Virus record (IMG/VR): IMGVR_UViG_3300047498_000007 | Span: 1 to 62,890 of that record | From: a virus | Length of the DNA: 62,890 nt | Direction: 5' to 3' (one strand) | Shown: one piece after another, positions 1-7,963 of the stretch | Numbering within the stretch: the stretch's first letter is position 1 | Layout of the letters: every line of letters starts with the position of its first letter | The notes under the pieces: model-generated | The model's database searches: none | The model's input: only the letters and a program-made list of their open reading frames with translations | What the model was told of the DNA's origin: nothing | Translations under genes and position numbers: made by a program

Positions 1-470
1 ACCCCGCAGAAAAGGAAACCAGATGGGAAGTGAGAGCAGAAAACTACAACCACAAAAAGGAGAAATACGATGAGTAAGTTTGATGATCTAACAATAACAG
101 AAGCAAAAGAACTAGCGGCGATGTTTAACAACATGCCAGTTAAATCTTGCAACGGAAAACATCCCATGATGGGTAAACGTTGTTTGATCCGCACCTACAG
201 CGCTGGTGTTCATATTGGCGATATTGTCCATATCGATGGCATGGAAGTTAAGTTAGAAAATGCTCTACGCCTTTGGAAATGGGAAGGTGGAGGATTGTCG
301 CTTAGCGCTGTTGCGAATGACGGTATTAAAAGCGGTCGTTTGAATAAAACAGGTGAAGTTTATCTCACCAATGTCATTGAGATGATCCCGACGACAAAAG
401 AGGCGGAGAAAACCTATGCAAAGTTTGTTGAATAGAACTCACCATAACCATAATTGTTCCAGCTCCGGCT
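1..470. repeat. terminal direct repeat, left copy (same sequence as 62421..62890)
   Basis: The window start accccgcagaaaaggaaacc... through ...taattgttccagctccggct recurs at 62421..62890. The embedded 121-aa ORFs (70..435 and 62490..62855) translate identically. Unit length is 62,420 bp. Confidence 0.95.
70..435 (+). CDS. hypothetical protein (121 aa), inside the terminal repeat
   Basis: Clean ORF with AGGAG 7 nt upstream of the ATG. No family recognised. A duplicate copy lies at 62490..62855. Confidence 0.7.
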   Translation: MSKFDDLTITEAKELAAMFNNMPVKSCNGKHPMMGKRCLIRTYSAGVHIGDIVHIDGMEVKLENALRLWKWEGGGLSLSAVANDGIKSGRLNKTGEVYLTNVIEMIPTTKEAEKTYAKFVE

Positions 471-664
471 CCGGCTCCGGCTCCGGCGACGGCTACGGCT
501 CCGGCGACGGCTACGGCTCCGGCTACGGCTCCGGCGACGGCTCCGGCTACGGCTCCGGCTACGGCTCCGGCTACGGCTCCGGCTCCGGCTCCGGCGACGG
601 CTACGGCTCCGGCGACGGCTCCGGCTACGGCGACGGCTACGGCGACGGCTCCGGCTACGGCTAA
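416..664 (+). CDS. (Gly-X)33 low-complexity protein, X = Ser/Tyr/Asp (82 aa)
   Basis: ATG at 416 with GGAG 8 nt upstream. It overlaps the upstream stop and runs on the same strand as all neighbours. The stop comes immediately after the last repeat unit. All six frames are open here, so the frame choice rests on context. Confidence 0.5.
   Translation: MQSLLNRTHHNHNCSSSGSGSGSGDGYGSGDGYGSGYGSGDGSGYGSGYGSGYGSGSGSGDGYGSGDGSGYGDGYGDGSGYG
464..661 (+). repeat. hexanucleotide microsatellite, 33 units of NNC-GGC (TCC/TAC/GAC + GGC)
   Basis: Read directly from the sequence: tccggc / tacggc / gacggc units only. The region is GC-rich relative to its flanks. Confidence 0.95.
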
Positions 665-703
665 ACCATGACACCGCATCCTATCAGGCCCGAGGGGGAA
701 TAG

Positions 704-895
704 ATGAGTGTATATGATCCAAACATGGTGGGGATATTTCAGAAGGATTTGGGGTACTGGCGCAGTCGAGCTGCCCAAATAGAATGGCGACTAGCTCGTG
801 CAAAGGCAGAAATTAAAGACATGGAAAAAGATTTTAACGAAAGTATCCAGAACGTAAAATTTCTTGAGGCCAAGAATAATGAAAGGCTCGGATAA
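704..895 (+). CDS. hypothetical coiled-coil protein (63 aa)
   Basis: GAGGGGGA lies just upstream of the ATG. The sequence is charged and heptad-like (AQIEWRLARAKAEIKDMEKDF). Confidence 0.55.
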   Translation: MSVYDPNMVGIFQKDLGYWRSRAAQIEWRLARAKAEIKDMEKDFNESIQNVKFLEAKNNERLG

Positions 896-896
896 A

Positions 897-1208
897 ATGA
901 CCACAACCCCCACACTACCCGATGAATTGAAGAAGGGTGACGTCAGTAAAATATCTGGTGGCTTAATCGGAGCAAAGCATTATTTGCTCGAACTCATTAT
1001 GTGCCAAAAAGAAGAGCGGTTAGGAGAGCATGTTTTAAATAACGACCAACTAGGTTGGATGACAGAGATGCGAAAAGAGGGGCTTGTGTATAAAGAAAAT
1101 TTCTCTCGGTCACAATGTGGAGTTTTGCATAGTAGTTGCCCATATTGGATGCTTACTAATTTAGGCGCAAGAGTTTTTGAGCATTACAACGAATATAGGC
1201 AACGATAA
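897..1208 (+). CDS. hypothetical protein (103 aa; the ORF is open from 864)
   Basis: The ATG at 897 follows the upstream stop (893..895) by 1 nt, which is why I prefer it over 864. Confidence 0.55.
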   Translation: MTTTPTLPDELKKGDVSKISGGLIGAKHYLLELIMCQKEERLGEHVLNNDQLGWMTEMRKEGLVYKENFSRSQCGVLHSSCPYWMLTNLGARVFEHYNEYRQR

Positions 1209-1489
1209 TGACCAAATACCTCGTCGCATTTCTCATTATAGCTGCATTCTGTGCCGGGATAACCTTCCGTGGTTCATTGATCTATCAACAGACGGTCAAT
1301 TATTTAATGTTGCAAGATGGTCAGAAGATCTATGTTGGAAAAGACGAACATTTATTTGTTAAACAAGAGGATGCTGTGTTGCCGGGAGATACGGGTGGGA
1401 TTGTGTTGCCCGATCCGCCGCCTCCTGATGAGTCTTTGCCAGTAATTATTACGACAATGCCACCAACAACAGAGGAACAAAAGAAATGA
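1208..1489 (+). CDS. small membrane protein (93 aa)
   Basis: TAATG overlap with the upstream stop. It has an N-terminal TM helix (YLVAFLIIAAFCAGITF) and a Pro-rich C-terminus. Confidence 0.6.
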   Translation: MTKYLVAFLIIAAFCAGITFRGSLIYQQTVNYLMLQDGQKIYVGKDEHLFVKQEDAVLPGDTGGIVLPDPPPPDESLPVIITTMPPTTEEQKK

Positions 1490-1977
1490 CAAAATATGTT
1501 TGTGGCGTAGACCCTGGAACTTTTGGAGCAATATGTCTTTATAATCCTGAATTACCTTTAATACTTTTTGACATGCCAATTCTTAAGATTTCACGTAATG
1601 GTAAAGAACGTAATCAAATAGACCTTTACGCTCTTGCCAGATGGGTGGATGAGCATTCAAAGGACATTAAACATGCCTACATAGAAAACCCTCAAGGAAT
1701 GCCTGCCATGGCCTCAAATTCGACCTACAGGCTAGGGTTGAATTGCGGGATAGCTCAGATGGCAATTGCAGCGAATCTCATCCCAATGACCTTAATTGCG
1801 CCAGCAACGTGGAAAAAAGCTATGGGTTTAGGTAAGTCCAAGGATGATTCAAGGCTAAAAGCCTCTCAACTTTGTCCTGTCCAGAGTAGTCTTTTTTCTC
1901 GTGCAAAAGATGACGGCAGAGCAGAAAGCTTACTTTTAGCGATTTACGGCCTTAAAATGGCGGGGAATCCCGGTTAA
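1486..1977 (+). CDS. RuvC-like Holliday junction resolvase
   Basis: The N-terminal VCGVDPGTFGAI matches the RuvC GxDPG catalytic Asp motif. Later acidic motifs are IENPQG and DDGRAESLLLA. ATGA overlap with the upstream gene. Confidence 0.75.
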   Translation: MTKYVCGVDPGTFGAICLYNPELPLILFDMPILKISRNGKERNQIDLYALARWVDEHSKDIKHAYIENPQGMPAMASNSTYRLGLNCGIAQMAIAANLIPMTLIAPATWKKAMGLGKSKDDSRLKASQLCPVQSSLFSRAKDDGRAESLLLAIYGLKMAGNPG

Positions 1978-2170
1978 ACTCCCAAGATTCGCATCCGATT
2001 GGCTTAGTTTCTTCAGGCACCATGCTATCCCACTTTTTACAAGCCCCTTCATTATAGTTAAGGCAGTTCGAACAAGGGGTATTCACAGGAATTTTTGACA
2101 CATAATCCATGACATTTTGAAGGGCAATTATGAGGCTATTCTTATCATGGGCATTAAAAGGCGATGTCAT
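1952..2170 (-). CDS. small Cys-containing protein (72 aa)
   Basis: Four Cys residues (CSNC...C...C). It overlaps the helicase stop by 17 nt, which suggests translational coupling. Confidence 0.5.
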   Translation of the reverse strand: MTSPFNAHDKNSLIIALQNVMDYVSKIPVNTPCSNCLNYNEGACKKWDSMVPEETKPIGCESWEFNRDSPPF

Positions 2171-3854
2171 GTTCTCTCTCCTCAGTTGATTGTATTACTT
2201 TACTGTTCATGTTTCCTTCTTCGAAGACCATCGGCTTGTCAGATTTCACAAAGTCATAAGCTAATATTCTTATCCAACTTCCATCTTTTTTGACTTTGAT
2301 TCTAGCAACCCTTGTACTATCAATTTCTTCCATACGTCCTAATGCTTCTTCCACATTGGTGGGGGGCAATTGTCTACCACCTCTTACCATCCACCATTCT
2401 TCTGCTTTTTTTCTAGGAAACTGTTTTTCATGGCCAAAACATACCCATTCTGAAACCCACGCATGGGGAGTTTTATACATAACTCTCAAACTCGATGGTT
2501 CCGTTTGTCCAAACTTTATATTTGGCTCGTATGTCGTCGTTAGAACTTTGAACCACTGTGGAATTTCACTAATAACTGGTTCATTGGACATTGGTGCAGC
2601 AGAAGATGCCTTAGTTGCATGTTTTATTTTACGTTCATGACCTTCAAAAATATAACCACAATCTTCACATTCTTTTTGATCTACAGCACATACGCTCTGA
2701 CACTTTGGACATATTTTTCCTTCGCGTATCTCTTTCTTTTTGCGAGAGCCATCCTGTGGAACTATATGCGTTATTGGACCGTGACGTTCAAAATTTTGAG
2801 CAAAATCAAGAATAAGACAATTTTCTTTTCCAGGACTTAATCGCATACCGCGCCCACACATTTGAGTCAGAAGTCCAGGACTCATGGTAGGACGAAGCAA
2901 ACAAATCATATCAATATTCGGCGCGTCGAAGCCTGTTGTTAAGACGGAGACATTTGTTATAGCTCGAATGTTACCATTCTTAAATGCAGACAAAATACTG
3001 TCTCGTTCAGGTTTTGGAGTTCTCTCGCTAATAGTTTCTGTTTTTATACTAAGTTCATTCAATTTGTCTCGCACATGTTCTGCATGATCGATCGTAATAC
3101 AAAAAATCAACCACGTTTTTCTTTCTGCTCCATAACTTAGTAATTCTTTGATAGCTGCATTTGTCATTCTATCATTATCAAATTCATTCAATGCTTCTTT
3201 GATGGAAAATTCTCCAGCTTGGATGGCTAATTTGTCTGTTTCTCCATGAGCTATCGCGCCTTTACTGATTAATGGAGATAGAAATTTATCTTTCACTAAT
3301 TTTGTAAGAGGCAAGTCGTAAGCAATATCAGAAAATATTGCGTCTTCTCCTGTATGCAAATAGCCAGACCTAAGACGGTAAGGAGTTGCCGACAATCCAA
3401 TCACTCTTAATCCTGGATTTATTGCTTGCATTCCTGATAAAAATGTACGGTACATTCCACTATCACTGTCTGAGATTAAGTGGGCTTCATCGATAAGAAT
3501 TAAGTCTCTCCATCCTATAACTTCTGATTTTTTATAAACAGATTGGATACTCGCAAAAGTAATTTTATTGTGAGCTTGTCTTTTGTTTAAACCCGCTGAG
3601 TAAATCCCAACATTAGCTTCTGGCAATAATTTCAACAATGCAGAATAATTTTGAGAGACCAGCTCTCTGACATGAGTAAGAAGTAATATTCTTTGATTTG
3701 CAAATTGCATTGCATCTTCACAGACCTTAGCCTGCACCAAAGATTTTCCCGAACCAGTCGGTAAGACTAACAGGGGATTGCCAGTCTCATGGTTGGCAAA
3801 CCAATTGTATAACGCTTGCACAGCATCAAGTTGATAAGGTCTAAGTTCAAGCAT
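2154..3854 (-). CDS. SF2 DEAD/DEAH-box DNA helicase with internal zinc ribbon
   Basis: LRPYQ (Q motif), PTGSGKS (Walker A), LILIDEAH (DEAH), SATP, TGFDAP, QMCGRGMR (motif VI), then CPKCQ...CEDCG. Confidence 0.9.
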   Translation of the reverse strand: MLELRPYQLDAVQALYNWFANHETGNPLLVLPTGSGKSLVQAKVCEDAMQFANQRILLLTHVRELVSQNYSALLKLLPEANVGIYSAGLNKRQAHNKITFASIQSVYKKSEVIGWRDLILIDEAHLISDSDSGMYRTFLSGMQAINPGLRVIGLSATPYRLRSGYLHTGEDAIFSDIAYDLPLTKLVKDKFLSPLISKGAIAHGETDKLAIQAGEFSIKEALNEFDNDRMTNAAIKELLSYGAERKTWLIFCITIDHAEHVRDKLNELSIKTETISERTPKPERDSILSAFKNGNIRAITNVSVLTTGFDAPNIDMICLLRPTMSPGLLTQMCGRGMRLSPGKENCLILDFAQNFERHGPITHIVPQDGSRKKKEIREGKICPKCQSVCAVDQKECEDCGYIFEGHERKIKHATKASSAAPMSNEPVISEIPQWFKVLTTTYEPNIKFGQTEPSSLRVMYKTPHAWVSEWVCFGHEKQFPRKKAEEWWMVRGGRQLPPTNVEEALGRMEEIDSTRVARIKVKKDGSWIRILAYDFVKSDKPMVFEEGNMNSKVIQSTEEREHDIAF

Positions 3855-4596
3855 CTTGCCAACAAAATTCTCTGAATTTACACCATTTACAAATAAACAT
3901 TTCTGGTTTGCTTGCCGCTCTCTCTGGCGGTTCTTTAGCTTTCAGAATGCGATCTTTTTTGGTTAGCATTGCCTTATAAACAACTGGTTGAAATTCAGTG
4001 CGACAACTAATCTCGTCTCTTCCGCCAGGAGTGGAGCAAACAAGATAATGCCTATCAATAACAGTGTCATAAATTTCTGATAATTTACCCATATAAATTT
4101 GTGCTTGAACAAAGAATGTATAATCCCATTCTTTGAGAGCGCCTTTATTGCCAAATTTTTCAATACACTTTTTTAAATCATTAAACTTTTTTTCATTGCA
4201 AGCTTTGGCTTCGAAAATATGCGTCTTAGTTGGAGCTTGAAGCAATCCTTTGATAATACCATCCACATGACCGCCGAACCTTCCTTCTTGAAATCCAATT
4301 TGTTCTTTTGTTACTTCATCGATATCCCATAACTGGATCCCAGAAACTAAACGAAGTCGATCCTTGATAAGCTGTTCTGTGCGATGCCCGTCTTCTATCG
4401 CGGCACATCCTTTGTATTCGATTGGTTCAGCTTTTTCAGCATGATAAAGTTGATAATAAATAAAACGTTCACATTCATGGCCGAGTGTACTTGCCCCCAG
4501 ATAATCACGTTTCGGTTTAGAATTATCTCTATCTTCTACCGCTTTACGCATAGCGACAAGAGTAGGATCTTCATCCATGTTTGGAAGTAAAACCAT
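3847..4596 (-). CDS. Cas4/RecB-like PD-(D/E)XK exonuclease with Fe-S Cys cluster
   Basis: GGHVDG (Asp), IFEAKA (E-x-K) and QAQIYM (QxxxY). One N-terminal Cys (GHEC) plus a C-terminal CKWCKFREFC. Confidence 0.8.
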   Translation of the reverse strand: MVLLPNMDEDPTLVAMRKAVEDRDNSKPKRDYLGASTLGHECERFIYYQLYHAEKAEPIEYKGCAAIEDGHRTEQLIKDRLRLVSGIQLWDIDEVTKEQIGFQEGRFGGHVDGIIKGLLQAPTKTHIFEAKACNEKKFNDLKKCIEKFGNKGALKEWDYTFFVQAQIYMGKLSEIYDTVIDRHYLVCSTPGGRDEISCRTEFQPVVYKAMLTKKDRILKAKEPPERAASKPEMFICKWCKFREFCWQDA

Positions 4597-4598
4597 GA

Positions 4599-5816
4599 TT
4601 AGCCCTTAATACAAACGACTTGTTTAAGCGTATGCACTATCTCAACTAAATCCGATTGTGCGGCCATGACAGCATCTATAGATTTATAAGCCATTGGAGT
4701 CTCATCAATTACATCTTTGTCCTTCCGGCATTCAACCCCCATGGTTGCCTGTATATGATCTTCAACAGTATATTTTTTAGCTGCTGCTGTGCGAGACATT
4801 CTGCGGCCAGCTCCATGAGAACATGAGCAAAAACTATCTTCATTTCCTTTGCCGCAAACTATATAAGACTGAACGCCCATTGAACCAGGAATAATACCCA
4901 AGTCGCCTAAACGCGCACGTACAGCACCTTTTCTCGTGAGCCATACATTTTTACCAAAATGGTGTTCTTTGCTCACATAATTGTGATGGCAATTTACTGC
5001 CATTAATGACGTTTCAAAAGGTCTACCCAATGATTTTACTATTGCTGATATAACAAGTTCCATCATGATTTCACGATTGGCCAACGCAAAACTTTGTGCC
5101 CAATGTAAAGCCTTCATATAATCAGCAAATAATTCTGAACCTTCAGGAATATACGCCAAATCCACATCAGGCAAATTAATAAACCATCGACGCATATCTT
5201 CTTTGGCTTTTTCAATAAAGTATGATCCGATTTTATTTCCAATTCCACGTGATCCGCTGTGTAACATAATCCATACATCTTGATTTTCATCGAGGCATAT
5301 TTCGATGAAATGATTACCAGTTCCAAGAGTCCCAAGATGTGCAATACAACCTTCAGAAGCACGCTCTATTTTTTCATGCTTGGTAACAATTTCGGCCAAT
5401 CCGCCAGACATAGAAGCAAATTTGCTCATTACACTTGTTGGAATATCAGTATGACGACCCTTATCGTTCGCACCGCCATTGTCTGAACGGCCATGAGGAA
5501 CTGCCATTTCAATCGAAGATCTCACTGCAAATAAATTGTCCGGTAGATCTTTTGCTTTTAATGAAGTCTTAACGGCCATCATCCCGCAACCAATGTCAAC
5601 GCCGACAGCAGCTGGAATTATTGCACCAACCGTTGGTATTACTGAACCAACTGTCGCCCCCATTCCCCAATGTACATCAGGCATTACGGCTATATGTTTA
5701 TGAACAAAAGGCATAGACGCAACATTTAATAGCTGTTGACGTGCAGCATCTTCAAGTTCTACGCCATCAATCCATGCTTTAATTGGTTTTTTATTTTCTT
5801 CTACGATAACTTGCAT
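4599..5816 (-). CDS. rtcB: RtcB-family RNA 3'-phosphate/2',3'-cyclic phosphate ligase
   Basis: All the RtcB signature blocks are present: MPDVHWGMG, VDIGCGM, GTGNHFIE, HSGSRGIGN, CHHNY, SHGAGR. Confidence 0.95.
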   Translation of the reverse strand: MQVIVEENKKPIKAWIDGVELEDAARQQLLNVASMPFVHKHIAVMPDVHWGMGATVGSVIPTVGAIIPAAVGVDIGCGMMAVKTSLKAKDLPDNLFAVRSSIEMAVPHGRSDNGGANDKGRHTDIPTSVMSKFASMSGGLAEIVTKHEKIERASEGCIAHLGTLGTGNHFIEICLDENQDVWIMLHSGSRGIGNKIGSYFIEKAKEDMRRWFINLPDVDLAYIPEGSELFADYMKALHWAQSFALANREIMMELVISAIVKSLGRPFETSLMAVNCHHNYVSKEHHFGKNVWLTRKGAVRARLGDLGIIPGSMGVQSYIVCGKGNEDSFCSCSHGAGRRMSRTAAAKKYTVEDHIQATMGVECRKDKDVIDETPMAYKSIDAVMAAQSDLVEIVHTLKQVVCIKG

Positions 5817-5832
5817 CTAATTCTCCATAAAT

Positions 5833-5910
5833 TGGTCAGGAAGGGAGGATTTGAACCTCCGACCCCCGCATTCCAAGTGCGGTATTCTAACCAGACTGAA
5901 CTACTTCCTG
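5833..5910 (-). tRNA. tRNA-Pro (anticodon UGG), CCA encoded
   Basis: Manual cloverleaf fold: CAGGAAG-TA-GTTC-AGTCTGGTTA-GAAT-A-CCGCA-CTTGGAA-TGCGG-GGGTC-GGAGG-TTCAAAT-CCTCC-CTTCCTG-A-CCA. It has a 7-bp acceptor stem, U8, U33, a TTC T-loop, and is 78 nt long. Confidence 0.9.
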
Positions 5911-6010
5911 AATGATGGAAGCGAGTAGGCGTGTAGCGACGCCTCGTGTTAGTTTCTCCCTTTCGGGCTACCCTCCATGTGCGATACCAAGGAGGCTCTC
6001 GCCTTAACAC
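5911..6010 (-). other. GC-rich structured leader between the DUF669 gene and tRNA-Pro (possible ncRNA or processing element)
   Basis: On the minus strand a closing helix GCGAG/CTCGC encloses three hairpins: CCTCC-N14-GGAGG, CCC-GAAA-GGG and AGGCGT-N6-ACGCCT. It is clearly more GC-rich than its surroundings. The ORF called here (5801..6010) overlaps the tRNA. Confidence 0.3.
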
Positions 6011-6562
6011 TTACCTCTTAGCCCAAGCTGGACGACCACCCACACTCGCGCCCACTGCTTGTGCAGGATCTGGAGCTGTCTGATGGTTTTGTTGAGGCGT
6101 TGCTGCGACTGGTTTTGCAACTGCAGGCTGTGCAGCCGATCCACCGATTGACTTCACAGTTCCTTTACGGAAAATAAGTTTATTCTTCGCTGCATAATTA
6201 TCCTTTGCAGGATCGACACCAACAGTTCCTAAAAACTTCTTGAAGTGCAACGAAGAGCTATCCCCATTGGGGGCGTTAGGTTGTCCGACAGCAGCTTCAC
6301 ACAAAGCCTTCCACTGAGATTTTGCAATATCAGTAGCTTGCTGGCTCTTGTTCCAAAGATTGAACATGTGGAAAACCTTACGTCCTTCAAATTCACCTTC
6401 TGCAACTGTAAATGTGCAGCTAAGATATTCTCCATCTCCTGCGTTTGTTGCTTTCCTCTCTGAGGCTTCCATGTAAAGTATATATTCACCTGGAGGAAAT
6501 ACAGTAAAGCCTTCATTCAATTCTTCTGCGTTGCTTGTATCAACATCCTGCATCTGGGCCAT
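6011..6562 (-). CDS. DUF669-like phage protein (putative ssDNA-binding)
   Basis: The N-terminal pattern FTVFPPGEYILYMEASERKATNAGDGEYLSCTFTV...GRKVFHMFNL resembles DUF669. It sits next to an AAA_24 ATPase, as is usual for this family. Confidence 0.6.
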   Translation of the reverse strand: MAQMQDVDTSNAEELNEGFTVFPPGEYILYMEASERKATNAGDGEYLSCTFTVAEGEFEGRKVFHMFNLWNKSQQATDIAKSQWKALCEAAVGQPNAPNGDSSSLHFKKFLGTVGVDPAKDNYAAKNKLIFRKGTVKSIGGSAAQPAVAKPVAATPQQNHQTAPDPAQAVGASVGGRPAWAKR

Positions 6563-6617
6563 TTTTTATTCTCCTTTTTGTTTAGTGCGTGTCTCTGCGG
6601 GATTGCAGTTTTCCGTC

Positions 6618-7400
6618 CTAAGCAGCTTCTTGTTGTGTCGTCATTGCTTTATTCAATTCAGCTTCTAAAGAAGGCCAATCAAAAGGTATCGTCGCTGGTA
6701 AACCAAAACGATTCCCTGCGAGATAGGCCGGACTTTCTTGAGTGTGAAAGAATACTCTCTCACTCGTTCCTGCCTTTTTGATTTCTTTAAGTCCTTCTTT
6801 TTTCTTTGTAACAAAAGTTTCTTTATTCACGAATAATATACCATCAGCCCACTCTTTAATTATGGAGGCTGAAGAGCTTCCTTTGTCGTTATTTCTTAAC
6901 TTCATCGTGTATCGATCATAACTCTCAGTCAATGGATTATCATAACGTGTGATAACTTCATGAGCTAACATTATGATCATAATGCCCTTATGAACACGAA
7001 GATCATCCAATGCACTTAACACAGTCTTCCAGAGAGTTTGAGCCGTGGCATAACCCGCGCCATAACCAACATCTGCAATCGAAGTCTTTCCATGTTCTTT
7101 TGCAGCCTGTTCAAATAACAGTGTTTCAATCCAGTCTATCGTATCAAGCGTGCAGATATTGAAAGGATGTTCTTGGGTATAAAGTCCCTCCAAGGCACCC
7201 ATGAACTTATCATAAGAATCAAGTTCGCTCTTTTCAATACGAGCAGCATTATGAAATCCAGAACCACCCTCCACGTCCAAGATAATGTTATTCGGTATGG
7301 TGGAAGCAAGATGTGTTTTACCAATCTTAGGCGGTCCATACATTACCAAACGTGGGGGCGTGAGAGACTTACTGGTAGTAATTTTACTGAAATCGATCAT
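6618..7400 (-). CDS. AAA_24 / Sak4-like RecA-fold ATPase (recombination mediator)
   Basis: Walker A is MYGPPKIGKTHLAS, followed by ILDVEGGS. A hydrophobic Walker B (IIMLAHE) is present. The synteny with DUF669 and the helicase is typical. Confidence 0.8.
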   Translation of the reverse strand: MIDFSKITTSKSLTPPRLVMYGPPKIGKTHLASTIPNNIILDVEGGSGFHNAARIEKSELDSYDKFMGALEGLYTQEHPFNICTLDTIDWIETLLFEQAAKEHGKTSIADVGYGAGYATAQTLWKTVLSALDDLRVHKGIMIIMLAHEVITRYDNPLTESYDRYTMKLRNNDKGSSSASIIKEWADGILFVNKETFVTKKKEGLKEIKKAGTSERVFFHTQESPAYLAGNRFGLPATIPFDWPSLEAELNKAMTTQQEAA

Positions 7401-7402
7401 AT

Positions 7403-7960
7403 TTAACTTCCTTCCTTGAGGTTCAATAGTGAAAAAATCTTGATAGCATGTGCTGCTTGTGTCTTGGCGTCATCAAGAGCGTTGTGATGAGTGCCAACTC
7501 TTTCTAAAGTTATCGGACCATGATACATTGACCTTAAAGTACGATAACAACGATTATTCCAAAACCTCCAAGGATAAGCCATAGAAGCAGCTTGATAAGC
7601 AGCGGCCAGAACATTGTTGTCAAAATCAGAGCCATTGCCCCACATGCGAATCTTTTTAGCTTCATTCATACCGTGGAGATAAAGTTCAAAATCTTTAAGA
7701 ACTTTAGGTAATTCTGGAGCATTAGGAGAATTGCTTTCTCTATATGCGGCTTTAGCCTCTTCACTTTGTTTCTCCCACCAATCTAATGTTTGCGCGTCAT
7801 CTCTCAATCCATGATTTCTACAAGATTGATGACTTACTATTGAATAAAATTCTTTTCCAAGTCTACCAGTTTGAAAACTAAACTCTACAGCCCCAATAGA
7901 GATTAATCCACATCCGGCAGATGAACCAAAAGTTTCGAGATCTAGCATCACATGTGTCAT
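7403..7960 (-). CDS. DEDDh 3'-5' exonuclease (Rv2179c-like fold)
   Basis: MLDLETFG (Exo I), WGNGSDFDNNVL (Exo II), HHNALDDAKTQA (Exo III, DEDDh). Confidence 0.8.
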   Translation of the reverse strand: MTHVMLDLETFGSSAGCGLISIGAVEFSFQTGRLGKEFYSIVSHQSCRNHGLRDDAQTLDWWEKQSEEAKAAYRESNSPNAPELPKVLKDFELYLHGMNEAKKIRMWGNGSDFDNNVLAAAYQAASMAYPWRFWNNRCYRTLRSMYHGPITLERVGTHHNALDDAKTQAAHAIKIFSLLNLKEGS

Positions 7961-7963
7961 ATC

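Noticed and set aside
464-661. Possible CRISPR array, considered for both tandem-repeat regions (464..661 and 60419..60724).
   Set aside because: The units are 3-6 nt with no unique spacers, no leader and no cas genes apart from a stand-alone Cas4-like nuclease of the phage-recombination type.
374-778. Alternative-frame and antisense ORFs through the microsatellite: 374..778 minus, 414..674 minus (Arg/Ser repeat) and 454..717 plus (Leu/Arg repeat).
   Set aside because: A stop-free hexamer repeat is open in all six frames. These ORFs have no SD-led start, run against or out of register with the local plus-strand operon, and overlap real neighbours. I kept only the frame whose ATG has a GGAG and whose stop follows the last repeat unit.
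5801-6010. 69-aa minus-strand ORF covering the tRNA and the GC-rich leader.
   Set aside because: It overlaps a well-formed tRNA-Pro and the RtcB start. Its composition (Arg/Trp/Pro-rich) is typical of translated structured RNA.
5911-6010. Hammerhead or other known self-cleaving ribozyme next to RtcB and the tRNA.
   Set aside because: I looked for the hammerhead core (CUGANGA ... GAAA) on the transcribed strand and did not find it. I cannot evaluate HDV-like, twister or hatchet folds by eye, so I report only a generic structured element.
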